This document shows positions 37,644 to 46,922 of a stretch of DNA of 64,000 nt, in pieces. Numbering within the stretch: the stretch's first letter is position 1; each line of letters begins with the position of its first letter. The DNA lies in the NCBI GenBank assembly GCA_902539825.1, contig CACBMH010000003.1, positions 2,592-66,591 of the forward strand. Direction: 5' to 3'. The notes beneath the pieces are model-generated. The model was given only the letters and a program-made list of their open reading frames with translations, had not been told where the DNA came from and ran no database searches. A program made the position numbers and the translations under genes. Source of the stretch: an uncultured Alphaproteobacteria bacterium (GTDB lineage Bacteria; Pseudomonadota; Alphaproteobacteria; HIMB59; GCA-002718135).

Positions 37644-38873
37644 TTATTTTTGTATAAGTTTATTTAATTTTAGATTTTGATCTGAGAGAATTTGTTTATC
37701 TACAATGGTATCTTTCTCAGTTAATTTAGAAGTTATTCTAATATCACGGCCTACTTTTCCTATGATTCCAACACCACATGCTCCTCTTATTTTATTATTT
37801 TTTAGGAAAAAATAAATAACACCATTATTAATATCATTACCTCTTTCGATGATTTCATCATACTCATCACAAATACCAGTCAGTTGAAGATTCAAATTAA
37901 ATTGATCAGACCACATCCAAGGAATTGAAGTATATTCTGTTTTTACTCCAGCAATGTTTTTTCCAGCACATATTCCATGATTTTGTGCATGTTGATAAGA
38001 CTCGAGTCGCATATTTCTTTCATAGAATGGATGATAAAAATTAGATACGTCACCTGCTGCAAAAACATCTTTAATAGAAGTTTCACAAAATTGATTAGTT
38101 ACAATACCATTATCAAGCTTTAAATTTGTATTTTCAAATAACTTTACAGTCGGGGTTGAGCCTATACCTGCAATTATAAAATCTGTTTCTATTAAAGAAT
38201 TATCATTTAATAAAATTTCATAATCGCCATTTTTTTTAGTTATTTTTTCTATCTGCTTATTTAATATTATTTCATTTCCATGTTCTATATGAGTGTTTTG
38301 AACTAAATCAGCAATTTGTTTGGGTATAATTCTTCCCATAAGTTGATTGCCAATTTCAATAACAATTACTTTCTTTTGAAGCTGAGATAAAGATGAGGCA
38401 ATTTCTAAGCCAATGAAACCGCCACCAATAATTGTTATTTTATTTTTATTTGAAACTATTTCTTTAATTTTTTTGGCTTCTTCTAAATTTCTTAGATAAT
38501 AAATATCATTCTTTAAATTATTATCTAAACTAAGTTTTTTATTTTCAGAACCTGTTGAAATAAGCAAACTATCATAAGAGTAAACATTATCATTTTTTGC
38601 AAAAAGTTTTTTATTTTCAAAATCAACTTTATTAATTGATATATTTTCAAATTCTATATTTTCATTTTTTAGTACGTCGCTAGAATGAAAATAAAGATCT
38701 TCTTCTTTTTTTTTATCTAGCAAAAAATCTTTAGATAAAGGAGGTCTTTCGTATGGTAATAAATTTTCTTCACCTAAAATTTTAATATTTGATTTTGAAT
38801 CATTTTGTCTGATCTCTCTAGCAGCATATATTCCGGCTTGACCACCACCTAGAATTACAATGTTATTTTTCAC
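37644..38873 (-). CDS. FAD-dependent ferredoxin-NAD(P)+ reductase (pyridine nucleotide-disulfide oxidoreductase family)
   Basis: It has ILGGGQAG (FAD) and IIGGGFIGLE (NAD) dinucleotide folds and AAGDV. It is 409 aa, with the length and architecture of BphG/CamA-type reductases. Confidence 0.85.
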   Translation of the reverse strand: MKNNIVILGGGQAGIYAAREIRQNDSKSNIKILGEENLLPYERPPLSKDFLLDKKKEEDLYFHSSDVLKNENIEFENISINKVDFENKKLFAKNDNVYSYDSLLISTGSENKKLSLDNNLKNDIYYLRNLEEAKKIKEIVSNKNKITIIGGGFIGLEIASSLSQLQKKVIVIEIGNQLMGRIIPKQIADLVQNTHIEHGNEIILNKQIEKITKKNGDYEILLNDNSLIETDFIIAGIGSTPTVKLFENTNLKLDNGIVTNQFCETSIKDVFAAGDVSNFYHPFYERNMRLESYQHAQNHGICAGKNIAGVKTEYTSIPWMWSDQFNLNLQLTGICDEYDEIIERGNDINNGVIYFFLKNNKIRGACGVGIIGKVGRDIRITSKLTEKDTIVDKQILSDQNLKLNKLIQK

Positions 38874-38878
38874 TCAGT

Positions 38879-39865
38879 CTAAGCGTTGCTTGGAACAGAT
38901 AATGGAATTTGATAGTCAGGATTTTTTGCTTGTTTTATGAGTGCTGGAATAATTTCTTTATAAGCCCCAAGAAGACCTTTTCTGGCAGGTGGTAATTGAT
39001 CTTTAATCATAGCATGCAGCTTAGGTAAATTATGTGAGGGAACTTGAGGGAACATATGGTGCTCAACATGATATTCCATATGCCAATATAAAAAACTTAA
39101 AACTGGATTTAAATATACTGTTCTAGTTGTATACCTATGGTCTCTTTTATCTTCTCTAAGTCCTGCGTGTTGAGTAAGACCCATAAGCATAACAAGGGTC
39201 TTTCCATAAAAATTAGGCAATAAAACATATAGAACTGGAAGCCAACTTTGAAAGTAAACTGAAGAAGCTATACTAATTATCCAAATAGAAAGATGACTCC
39301 ACGCAGATAATCTACATTTCCATCTTTCATTTTTTGGAATACAAACTTTCATTACATCAGTAGTTACACCAAATGCATGTTTTATAGTTTCCCATTGAAG
39401 AGAATTTTTAAAGAAAATAAAACCAGAGAATGGAATGTAATGAGAGAAAAACACAATCAAGTCAGTTGGTTTTTTTACATGTATTTCAAAATCTACAGGA
39501 TCATTAAATTGAGTATAAGTATGATGATGATAGTGAGAATATCTCCATCTGATAGGTTCAAAATTATCCATGAAACTAGCAATATAATAAAAGAAATCAT
39601 TCCAGAATTTAGATTTAAAAGCAGTTCTGTGACCAGTTTCATGCCATATAGCATCGCTGCATCCCCAAATATTTCCGTATATTATAAAAAATAATAATGA
39701 CCACCAAGTGCCCCAAGTGACATACGCAAGATATCCAAAGAGAAACAGAGATGAAAAATAAATAATCATATGCTTAAAACCCTGCCAATCAGATTTCTTG
39801 CATAACTGCTTGAATTCTTTTTTATCTATATTTGCTCGATACCATTTACCTAAATCAACATCCAT
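38879..39865 (-). CDS. fatty-acid-desaturase-family membrane di-iron protein (paralog A)
   Basis: It has His boxes HETGH, SHYHHH and HVEHH with TM helices. It is the first gene of the minus-strand operon. Confidence 0.8.
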   Translation of the reverse strand: MDVDLGKWYRANIDKKEFKQLCKKSDWQGFKHMIIYFSSLFLFGYLAYVTWGTWWSLLFFIIYGNIWGCSDAIWHETGHRTAFKSKFWNDFFYYIASFMDNFEPIRWRYSHYHHHTYTQFNDPVDFEIHVKKPTDLIVFFSHYIPFSGFIFFKNSLQWETIKHAFGVTTDVMKVCIPKNERWKCRLSAWSHLSIWIISIASSVYFQSWLPVLYVLLPNFYGKTLVMLMGLTQHAGLREDKRDHRYTTRTVYLNPVLSFLYWHMEYHVEHHMFPQVPSHNLPKLHAMIKDQLPPARKGLLGAYKEIIPALIKQAKNPDYQIPLSVPSNA

Positions 39866-40055
39866 AATGAAAAAATAGCACTTTTTGATAATCTTATAAA
39901 TATAAAAATTGCTTTAAATTGGCAAATAAGTGCGACTATTTTATCTATCAAAAGAAAGAGGGATTTAATTTGTAATAAGATCTTTAATACTTTAATTTAA
40001 TTGTATTATTGATTTATTTACTTATAAATTAATGCATAAATTATTTGGAGGAATT

Positions 40056-41036
40056 ATGAAAAAAATCTTTGCTGTCATTGCTTTATTTTTTGCTTTTGCA
40101 TCTACTTCAGCAGTAGCAAAAAATGATTACAGCTGTGATAAGAAATTTATATTTTTTCCAGGTGGTCCAGAAGGTGGTCCATTTGGAACTATCGTTTACA
40201 ATGGTGCAGTAGCTGCTGCTGAACACACTGGTTGTGAAGTAGATTACTACTGGTCACAGTGGAACTCAGAAATCATGATTAAACAATTTAAAGAAGCTGT
40301 TGCTTTACAGCCTGATGGAATTGCAATCTATGGTTTTCCAGGAGACGCTGCAATGAGACCTATCATTCAAGAAGCAAGAGAAATGGGTATAGTAATTACT
40401 ACTATGAATACACCTCTTCCTGATCTTGAATCAGAATATAAAACTGAAGGATTTGGTTATGCAGGTGCAGATCTATTTGATGCTGGATTCAATCTAGGTA
40501 AAAAAGCTGTTGAAGTTTGTGGTCTACAAGCTGGAGATAAAGCATTTATCTGGGGTCTTGCAAGTATGCCAAATAGAGGAGAAAGAACTAAAGGTGCAAT
40601 AGCTGGTGTTGAAGCAGCGGGTGTTGAGGTAGTTTATCAAGAAATTCCTGATAATGTAAACTCAGATGCATCTCAGGGAACTCCTATGTACGTTGCTACT
40701 TATAGTGCAAATCCTGATATCAAAATGGCTATTACAGATCATGGTGGATTAACTGCAAGTTTACCAACATATATGAAGGCTGCAGGTCATGGTACTGAAG
40801 AAGTATGTGGCGCTGGATTTGATTTATCAGCTCCAATTGTTGACGGAATTAATTCTGGATACATTGACGTTGTAATTGATCAACAACCATTTATCCAAGG
40901 ATATATGCCAATTGTTCAGTTATTCCTAAGTACAAAATATGGAATGGCTGGATTAGCAATGGATACTGGTGCTGCATTTGTTACAGCTGATAACGTTGAT
41001 GCTGTTGCTCCATTAGCAGCAGTACAAATCAGATAA
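40056..41036 (+). CDS. periplasmic sugar-type ABC substrate-binding protein (Peripla_BP_4-like)
   Basis: The start at 40056 is preceded by GGAGG. It has the signal peptide MKKIFAVIALFFAFASTSAVA. GC content is higher and codon use is biased relative to neighbours. Confidence 0.85.
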   Translation: MKKIFAVIALFFAFASTSAVAKNDYSCDKKFIFFPGGPEGGPFGTIVYNGAVAAAEHTGCEVDYYWSQWNSEIMIKQFKEAVALQPDGIAIYGFPGDAAMRPIIQEAREMGIVITTMNTPLPDLESEYKTEGFGYAGADLFDAGFNLGKKAVEVCGLQAGDKAFIWGLASMPNRGERTKGAIAGVEAAGVEVVYQEIPDNVNSDASQGTPMYVATYSANPDIKMAITDHGGLTASLPTYMKAAGHGTEEVCGAGFDLSAPIVDGINSGYIDVVIDQQPFIQGYMPIVQLFLSTKYGMAGLAMDTGAAFVTADNVDAVAPLAAVQIR

Positions 41037-41050
41037 ATTAAATATTATAG

Positions 41051-41083
41051 CCTGCCTTATTTAATAAGGCAGGTTTATTTTTT
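41051..41083 (+). terminator. intrinsic-terminator-like hairpin between the binding-protein and ATPase genes (intra-operon attenuator)
   Basis: CCTGCCTTAT-TTA-ATAAGGCAGG forms a 10-bp stem followed by TTTATTTTTT, and the ATPase ATG follows directly. Confidence 0.75.
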
Positions 41084-41851
41084 ATGGCTGAAGAACTCTT
41101 AAAATTACAAAATATTTACAAAAACTTTGGAAACGTAAAAGTTTTAAAAGATGTGAATATCAAAATAAATAAAGGTGAAGTGGTAGCTTTAATCGGTGAT
41201 AACGGAGCTGGAAAATCTACACTTATTAAAGTTATAACTGGAGTTCATAGCCCAAACTCGGGTAAAGTTTTTTTTAAAGAAGAAGAGGTACAAATTAAAT
41301 CAGTTGCTCAATCAAGAAAAATGGGGATTGAAGCAGTGTATCAAGAAAGAGCATTATGTGATCAGCAAGAATTATATAGAAATATCTTTGCAGGAAGAGA
41401 AATTACAAATTCATTTGGTTTTTTAGATATAAAAAAACAAAGAAAAGAAGCAGAAAAAATTTTACGGGACTATATAGGTTTTACTTCAAAAGCTATAACA
41501 GTTGATTCTCAAGTAATGGGTCTGTCTGGTGGAGAAAAACAAGGTGTAGCTTTCGGTAGATCATTATATTTTAATTCTGATTTAATCGTATTAGATGAAC
41601 CAACAATGGGATTATCGATACAAGAAACAGAAAAAGTTCTTAATTTTGTAAAAGGTTTAAAAAATGAAAACAAATCTGCAATATTTATCGATCATAATAT
41701 TATACACGTATATGGAGCTGCAGATAGATTTATTATTTTAGATAGAGGTGAGGTTGTTGGGGAGTTTAATAAAGAAGATATTTCAAGGGAAGAGCTTGTT
41801 CAAAAAATGATTCAACTTCATGAATCAGGAAAAATAAAAGTGGAAGATTAA
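41084..41851 (+). CDS. ABC transporter ATP-binding protein (single NBD)
   Basis: It has Walker A GDNGAGKST, signature LSGGEKQ and Walker B LIVLDEPT. Confidence 0.9.
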   Translation: MAEELLKLQNIYKNFGNVKVLKDVNIKINKGEVVALIGDNGAGKSTLIKVITGVHSPNSGKVFFKEEEVQIKSVAQSRKMGIEAVYQERALCDQQELYRNIFAGREITNSFGFLDIKKQRKEAEKILRDYIGFTSKAITVDSQVMGLSGGEKQGVAFGRSLYFNSDLIVLDEPTMGLSIQETEKVLNFVKGLKNENKSAIFIDHNIIHVYGAADRFIILDRGEVVGEFNKEDISREELVQKMIQLHESGKIKVED

Positions 41852-42829
41852 ATGAATAATTTATTAAATAGTTATTTTGTAAAAACTCACAAACTTGAAA
41901 TTAGTATTACTATAATTGCTGTAGTACTATTCCTAATTTATTTTCTTGGCGCACCACATGTATTTACAAGATTTCCTATTTATAGAGCTTTTATGCAATC
42001 AATGCCTTTTTTTGGAATTATTGCTATATCAGCAACATTTGTTGTTACACTTGGTGAAATTGATTTATCATTTCCATCTATAGTTGGAATTACATCTCTC
42101 ATATTTGGAATTATAATGACATCGACTGATGGTAACTTTTTTATAGCATTTATTTTGGCAACTTCACTTGGAATGTTTGCTGGATTAGTAAATGGATTAC
42201 TTGTTACTAAAATTGGCATACCTTCAATAGTTGCCACTATAGGTACATTATTTTTTTGGCGTGGATTAGTTAATGTAATTTCCCAAGGTAGTGGTATTGC
42301 AATCGTCGATGTAGCAGATGGAACATGGCATCATATGATATTTGTTGAAAAATTATTTGGAAAAATTCCAATGCAATTTATTTGGTTCATTGTATTAACT
42401 GGATTGATGCAATGGGTTTATCGATACCATAAATTTGGAAATCATATCCACTTTGTAGGTGATAACAAAGCAAGCGCTCAAATGATGGGAATTAATGTTG
42501 ATAATGTAAAAATTATTGCTTTTGTTCAACTAGGATTTTTCTCTGCATTAGCAGGAATTTTTACAATGTATGAAATGTTATATTTCTGGCCTACACAAGG
42601 TGAAGGTTTGATGTTGACAACACTAGCAGCCGTCTTTGTTGGTGGCACTTCAGTCTTCGGTGGTAAGGGTACTATTTTTGGAACTTTTATTGGAGTATTA
42701 ATTATTGGATCATTAGAATCAGGAATAGTTGCTTTAGGCTTATCTGGTTTTTATGTAAAATTTATTAACGGACTCATGATTACAGTAGCCGTAACAGTCT
42801 ACGCCCTAATACAAAGAAGAAAAAATTAA
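41852..42829 (+). CDS. ABC transporter permease (RbsC/BPD_transp_2 type)
   Basis: It has about 9 TM helices and is 325 aa. Its start abuts the ATPase stop. Confidence 0.85.
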   Translation: MNNLLNSYFVKTHKLEISITIIAVVLFLIYFLGAPHVFTRFPIYRAFMQSMPFFGIIAISATFVVTLGEIDLSFPSIVGITSLIFGIIMTSTDGNFFIAFILATSLGMFAGLVNGLLVTKIGIPSIVATIGTLFFWRGLVNVISQGSGIAIVDVADGTWHHMIFVEKLFGKIPMQFIWFIVLTGLMQWVYRYHKFGNHIHFVGDNKASAQMMGINVDNVKIIAFVQLGFFSALAGIFTMYEMLYFWPTQGEGLMLTTLAAVFVGGTSVFGGKGTIFGTFIGVLIIGSLESGIVALGLSGFYVKFINGLMITVAVTVYALIQRRKN

Positions 42830-43563
42830 TAAGTAGCTCGACCACCACTCAAATCAAAAGTTGATCCTGTGGTATAAGAATTTTCTTCAGAAGACATCCA
42901 AGCAACTAAAGAAGCTAATTCTTCTACTAACACAAATCTATTTCTTGGAATTTTTGATAACATATAATCAATATGTTCTTGTGTAATTTGATCAAAAATA
43001 CGCGTCTTAGCAGGTGCAGGGGTAACACAATTAACTGAAATGTTATTTTCAGCTAATTCTTTTCCTAAAGATTTAGTAAGTGCAATAACTCCTGCTTTTG
43101 CAGCACTATAAGGCATTGCATTAGGATTACCCTCCTTACCAGCTATCGAGGAAATATTAACGATACGTCCATAATTATTTTTGATAAAATGAGGAACTAT
43201 AGTTTTACAGCAATAAAATACTCCTGTTAGATCTATGTCTATAACTTTTTGCCATTCCTCAAGTGGATAATCCCATGTCTTAAAGTTTGGTCCAGCTATT
43301 CCTGCATTATTTATTAAAATATCAATTTTGTTTTCATGTGTAAGACTTTCTGTAAATGCATTCTCTACACTTTTATAATTTGAAACATCAACTTCAATTT
43401 TTTGAGTATTTTTTAGATCAACCTTATTTAAATATTCTGTATCTTTATCCCATATTAGTACTCTTGCACCTGACTCTATAAATCTTTTTGTAATTGCTAA
43501 TCCAAAGCCTTGTGCTCCACCCGTTACAATTGCTACTCTATTTTCTAAATTAATTTTATTCAT
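42826..43563 (-). CDS. short-chain dehydrogenase/reductase (SDR)
   Basis: It has TGGAQGFG, NNAG and the catalytic YSAAK. Confidence 0.9.
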   Translation of the reverse strand: MNKINLENRVAIVTGGAQGFGLAITKRFIESGARVLIWDKDTEYLNKVDLKNTQKIEVDVSNYKSVENAFTESLTHENKIDILINNAGIAGPNFKTWDYPLEEWQKVIDIDLTGVFYCCKTIVPHFIKNNYGRIVNISSIAGKEGNPNAMPYSAAKAGVIALTKSLGKELAENNISVNCVTPAPAKTRIFDQITQEHIDYMLSKIPRNRFVLVEELASLVAWMSSEENSYTTGSTFDLSGGRATY

Positions 43564-44036
43564 TGGATTTGTTCTAAAATATATTCAGCTGAACTAACAC
43601 GGTATTCACCATCATTTTCAATAAACTTGTTTATAATCATATTATTCTCAATGATCATGGCAAACCTTCGACACCTAAAACCCATATAATTTTTTGTCTT
43701 ATCAGATAGCAAGTCAAAATATTTTGTAATCTCAGCATTTCCATCCGCAATTCCATTGATTATTTCTCCGTTTGTATAACTCAATAACCAAGATTTCATC
43801 ACATGCTCATCGTTTACAGATAGACAGTAAATGCCATCAATTTTTTTATTTATAAATGAATTATATAATTTTATATAACCTGGAAGATGTTTCTCAGAAC
43901 AAGTTGGCGTAAATGCTCCTGGCACACCAAATAGGATAATTTTTTTATTTATAAATTCATTTTTTAATGAAGATACTGATGAAACACCTTTTTTAATAAT
44001 AGGCACTTTAAAATCATCAATATTCATGTTTATCAT
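43560..44036 (-). CDS. Prx5-type peroxiredoxin
   Basis: It has the PGAFTPTCS peroxidatic Cys motif and is 158 aa. Confidence 0.85.
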   Translation of the reverse strand: MINMNIDDFKVPIIKKGVSSVSSLKNEFINKKIILFGVPGAFTPTCSEKHLPGYIKLYNSFINKKIDGIYCLSVNDEHVMKSWLLSYTNGEIINGIADGNAEITKYFDLLSDKTKNYMGFRCRRFAMIIENNMIINKFIENDGEYRVSSAEYILEQIQ

Positions 44037-46090
44037 TTAACTTTATTATATGTTTCAAATATTTGTTTCTCAGTCAATATTTCATTCATTACTATGCCTT
44101 CAGGAAACTTTGAAGAATAAAATGCATTAAAAGGTATGCCAAATTTATTGTATTTTTTTAAAAATTTATTTATTTTTTCATTTGGTTGTGTCCAATCAGC
44201 TTTTATCAATGTCACTTCTTGTGAATCAAAAAAATCTGAAACTGTTTTTGAATTTAAAACATTAATTTTATTAAACTTACAGGTAATGCACCAATCTGCT
44301 GTTATATCTAAAAAAACAATTTCATTATTAGCTATTATTTCAGGAATACTTTTGGAATTAAAATCTAACCAATTATTACTTTTATAATTTTCTTCATTAA
44401 TTTTTTGAAAAGAATTTAAATATGGAGTTAAAAAGATAATAATTATTAAAGAAATAATTAAGGGAGTTTGATAAATTCTAAATTTTAAAATTGCTGATAT
44501 TAAGATCAATAAAATAGTAAATGTAGCTATAAAAAAATAATTGAAATAATTATTTAATATACTTAAAAGCCAAACAATTGTTATGAATAATAAAATAGAT
44601 AAAAAATATTTAAAATAAATCATCCATTTTCCAGATCGAGGCAAGAAGGAAATCAAACCTGGAAAAAAAGCTATAATCAAATAAGGTAAACTCATTCCTA
44701 TGCCCATAAAACAGAAAATTAAAAATAAATATGTTGTTGATTGAGTAAAAGCAGCCGTTACAGCTGTGCCTAAATAAGGTGCAGAACATGGTGTAGCAAG
44801 TAGTGTAGCAAAAAAACCATTAAAAAAATTCTTTGTATAAAAATTGTTTCCTGAATTTAAAATTTTTGATGAAGATAAAAAACTTGGTAAATTTATTTGG
44901 AAAAGACCAAGAGTGTTCAAGAAAAACATTGATATAATTATCAAAATGAACATTAAAAAGTAAGGTTCTTGAAATTGCATACCCCAAGATATTGAAATAT
45001 TAATTTGTTTCAGGATAGCAAAAAATGCACCAAGTATTAGAAAAGAAGAGATAATACCCAATACAGTTATGAAAAAACTACTTTTAATCTTTTTATCCTC
45101 AGTATTAATTACAGATAATAATTTTAACGATAATACCGGAAAAACACATGGCATAAGATTTAAAATAAACCCGCCTAATATTGAAATTAAGAGTAAGTAT
45201 ATAAGACTAGTATTTATAGAAATATTTTTATCTATATTTTCAATTTCTACACTTTTTTCAACTTTAAAGCTGTGATTATTATCATAAAAAAATATTTCTA
45301 TTGGAAATTTTTTTTCATTAAACTGATCGGCACTGTAATATAAAGAGGTATTCAATTTTTGGAAATCGAGGGAATAATTATTTATTGGTGCTACAACAGG
45401 TAGTCCAAATGGTGTGTGAATAAAAATTTTTGGATCATCAAAAAAAGAGGTAGTTGATATTTCTATGTCAAAAATAACACTATTGTTGTTTTCAATAGCC
45501 TTGAATGAGAAATTAGAAATAGGTGTAAAATCAATATTATTATTTAATGTAGTAGATAGAACTTTTTCAATTTCAAAAAAATAATCTGTATATTCACCAT
45601 CTCCAGATGGTATATTTAGAAAAATATCTGCACTACCTGGAATGCAAACATCTTTACAAACTAAATAATTAATATTTAAATTTAAATTTGTTTGTTTTTG
45701 ATTATCTTCTAGATCTACAATCAAAGGAAAGATAACTTTATCTGTATATCCAATTGATTTTAAACCTAGTATTTCAAATTCTATTGGCTCTGGCCATAAT
45801 ATTTTAATATCTTTCACATTTGAGGAATTATTCCATATAATCTTTTGAGGGAAACCTCCCCCTCCAGGAGATTTCCAATATGTTTTCCAGTCATCTTCTA
45901 ATTGATATTCTAATGCTAAAATTAATTGATTATTATTATTTGATGCAGTCATTGGTGAAATTAATCTAACTTTTGATTTTTCACTAATTGCCCAATCTGA
46001 AGATAAGGAGTAGCCAGCTGTGCTAAATAGTCCAAGAGCAAGTATTATTGCAACTTTTAAGAGACTTATAACTTTTATTACCTTGTTCAT
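44033..46090 (-). CDS. dsbD: thiol:disulfide interchange protein DsbD-like
   Basis: It has an N-terminal periplasmic domain, a TM core with CVFPVL and PCSAPYL, and a C-terminal thioredoxin fold with WCITC. Confidence 0.85.
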   Translation of the reverse strand: MNKVIKVISLLKVAIILALGLFSTAGYSLSSDWAISEKSKVRLISPMTASNNNNQLILALEYQLEDDWKTYWKSPGGGGFPQKIIWNNSSNVKDIKILWPEPIEFEILGLKSIGYTDKVIFPLIVDLEDNQKQTNLNLNINYLVCKDVCIPGSADIFLNIPSGDGEYTDYFFEIEKVLSTTLNNNIDFTPISNFSFKAIENNNSVIFDIEISTTSFFDDPKIFIHTPFGLPVVAPINNYSLDFQKLNTSLYYSADQFNEKKFPIEIFFYDNNHSFKVEKSVEIENIDKNISINTSLIYLLLISILGGFILNLMPCVFPVLSLKLLSVINTEDKKIKSSFFITVLGIISSFLILGAFFAILKQINISISWGMQFQEPYFLMFILIIISMFFLNTLGLFQINLPSFLSSSKILNSGNNFYTKNFFNGFFATLLATPCSAPYLGTAVTAAFTQSTTYLFLIFCFMGIGMSLPYLIIAFFPGLISFLPRSGKWMIYFKYFLSILLFITIVWLLSILNNYFNYFFIATFTILLILISAILKFRIYQTPLIISLIIIIFLTPYLNSFQKINEENYKSNNWLDFNSKSIPEIIANNEIVFLDITADWCITCKFNKINVLNSKTVSDFFDSQEVTLIKADWTQPNEKINKFLKKYNKFGIPFNAFYSSKFPEGIVMNEILTEKQIFETYNKVK

Positions 46091-46147
46091 ATAAAATAAA
46101 TCAATACAATATTGAAAAATATAAATTAACGCGAATATATATACTAT

Positions 46148-46699
46148 ATGAATTTAACTGGTCAGTTCTTAATTTCAATGCCTTCATTAGAAGATGATAG
46201 ATTTGAAAAAACAGTGATTTATATGTGCGCACACTCAAAAGATGGGGCTATGGGTATTATAATTAATAAGAAAATTGATTATGATCTTTACCCCGATTTG
46301 CTTGAACAATTAGGTATAGACAAGCCATTAGAGGATAAAAAGCTCTATATTCGTTATGGCGGCCCAGTTGAAAGTGGAAGAGGATTTGTTTTACACTCTG
46401 ATGAAGTAATTCAAAAAGAAACCTTAACAATAGATAAAGGTGTTGCGTTGACTAGTACTTCAGAATTTTTTGAAGATCTTTCAAAAGGTAATGGCCCAAA
46501 GAATAGTATCCTAGCTCTTGGATACGCAGGATGGGGTCCAGGACAAATTGAAAAGGAATTAGCTTCAAATAGCTGGATGACGCTAAAAGCAGATAGTGAT
46601 TTTATTTTTGACGAAAAAGTCAATAATAAGTGGAAGGATGCATTTAATTTATTAGGAATAGATCCAAGTAAACTTTCATTATTCTCTGGAAATTGTTAA
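46148..46699 (+). CDS. YqgE/AlgH-family (UPF0301) protein
   Basis: It has GQFLISMPSL.D.RF..TVIYMC.H...GAMGIIINK and GYAGWGPGQIE motifs. Confidence 0.85.
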   Translation: MNLTGQFLISMPSLEDDRFEKTVIYMCAHSKDGAMGIIINKKIDYDLYPDLLEQLGIDKPLEDKKLYIRYGGPVESGRGFVLHSDEVIQKETLTIDKGVALTSTSEFFEDLSKGNGPKNSILALGYAGWGPGQIEKELASNSWMTLKADSDFIFDEKVNNKWKDAFNLLGIDPSKLSLFSGNC

Positions 46700-46891
46700 T
46701 TATAGAACAATATCAAAAACCCTTTCTTTATCTTTTTCTAAAACTTTTTTTATTTTAAATTTTGCAGTTTTTGTAAGTTTAGTACCCTTACTTGTCACAA
46801 ATGATTTCATTTTAATTACTTCTTTTTCAGGCATTTTTCTTTCATATTTCAAAATATGTTTCTTTCCGCTAATAATAAATGATGTTTTCAT
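46700..46891 (-). CDS. hypothetical small lysine-rich protein (63 aa)
   Basis: Support is an ORF only, with no recognisable motif. It follows the 124-aa ORF on the same strand after a 31-nt gap. Confidence 0.35.
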   Translation of the reverse strand: MKTSFIISGKKHILKYERKMPEKEVIKMKSFVTSKGTKLTKTAKFKIKKVLEKDKERVFDIVL

Positions 46892-46922
46892 GTATAATTT
46901 CTCTGATTGATTTAAATTAAAA

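Noticed and set aside
39866-40055. An inverted repeat TTTTGATA ... TATCAAAA in the 190-nt divergent spacer between the oxygenase operon and the ABC importer, considered as a possible operator.
   Set aside because: Pure A/T 8-mers recur by chance in spacer of about 20% GC. There is no second copy elsewhere in the island and no cognate regulator gene.
41084-41851. The single-NBD (255 aa) ATPase in a ribose-type (CUT2-like) importer, considered as an anomaly or a truncated gene.
   Set aside because: All ABC motifs are intact, and the gene abuts the permease gene with no remnant of a second NBD. Single-domain ATPases are known in some CUT2-type systems.
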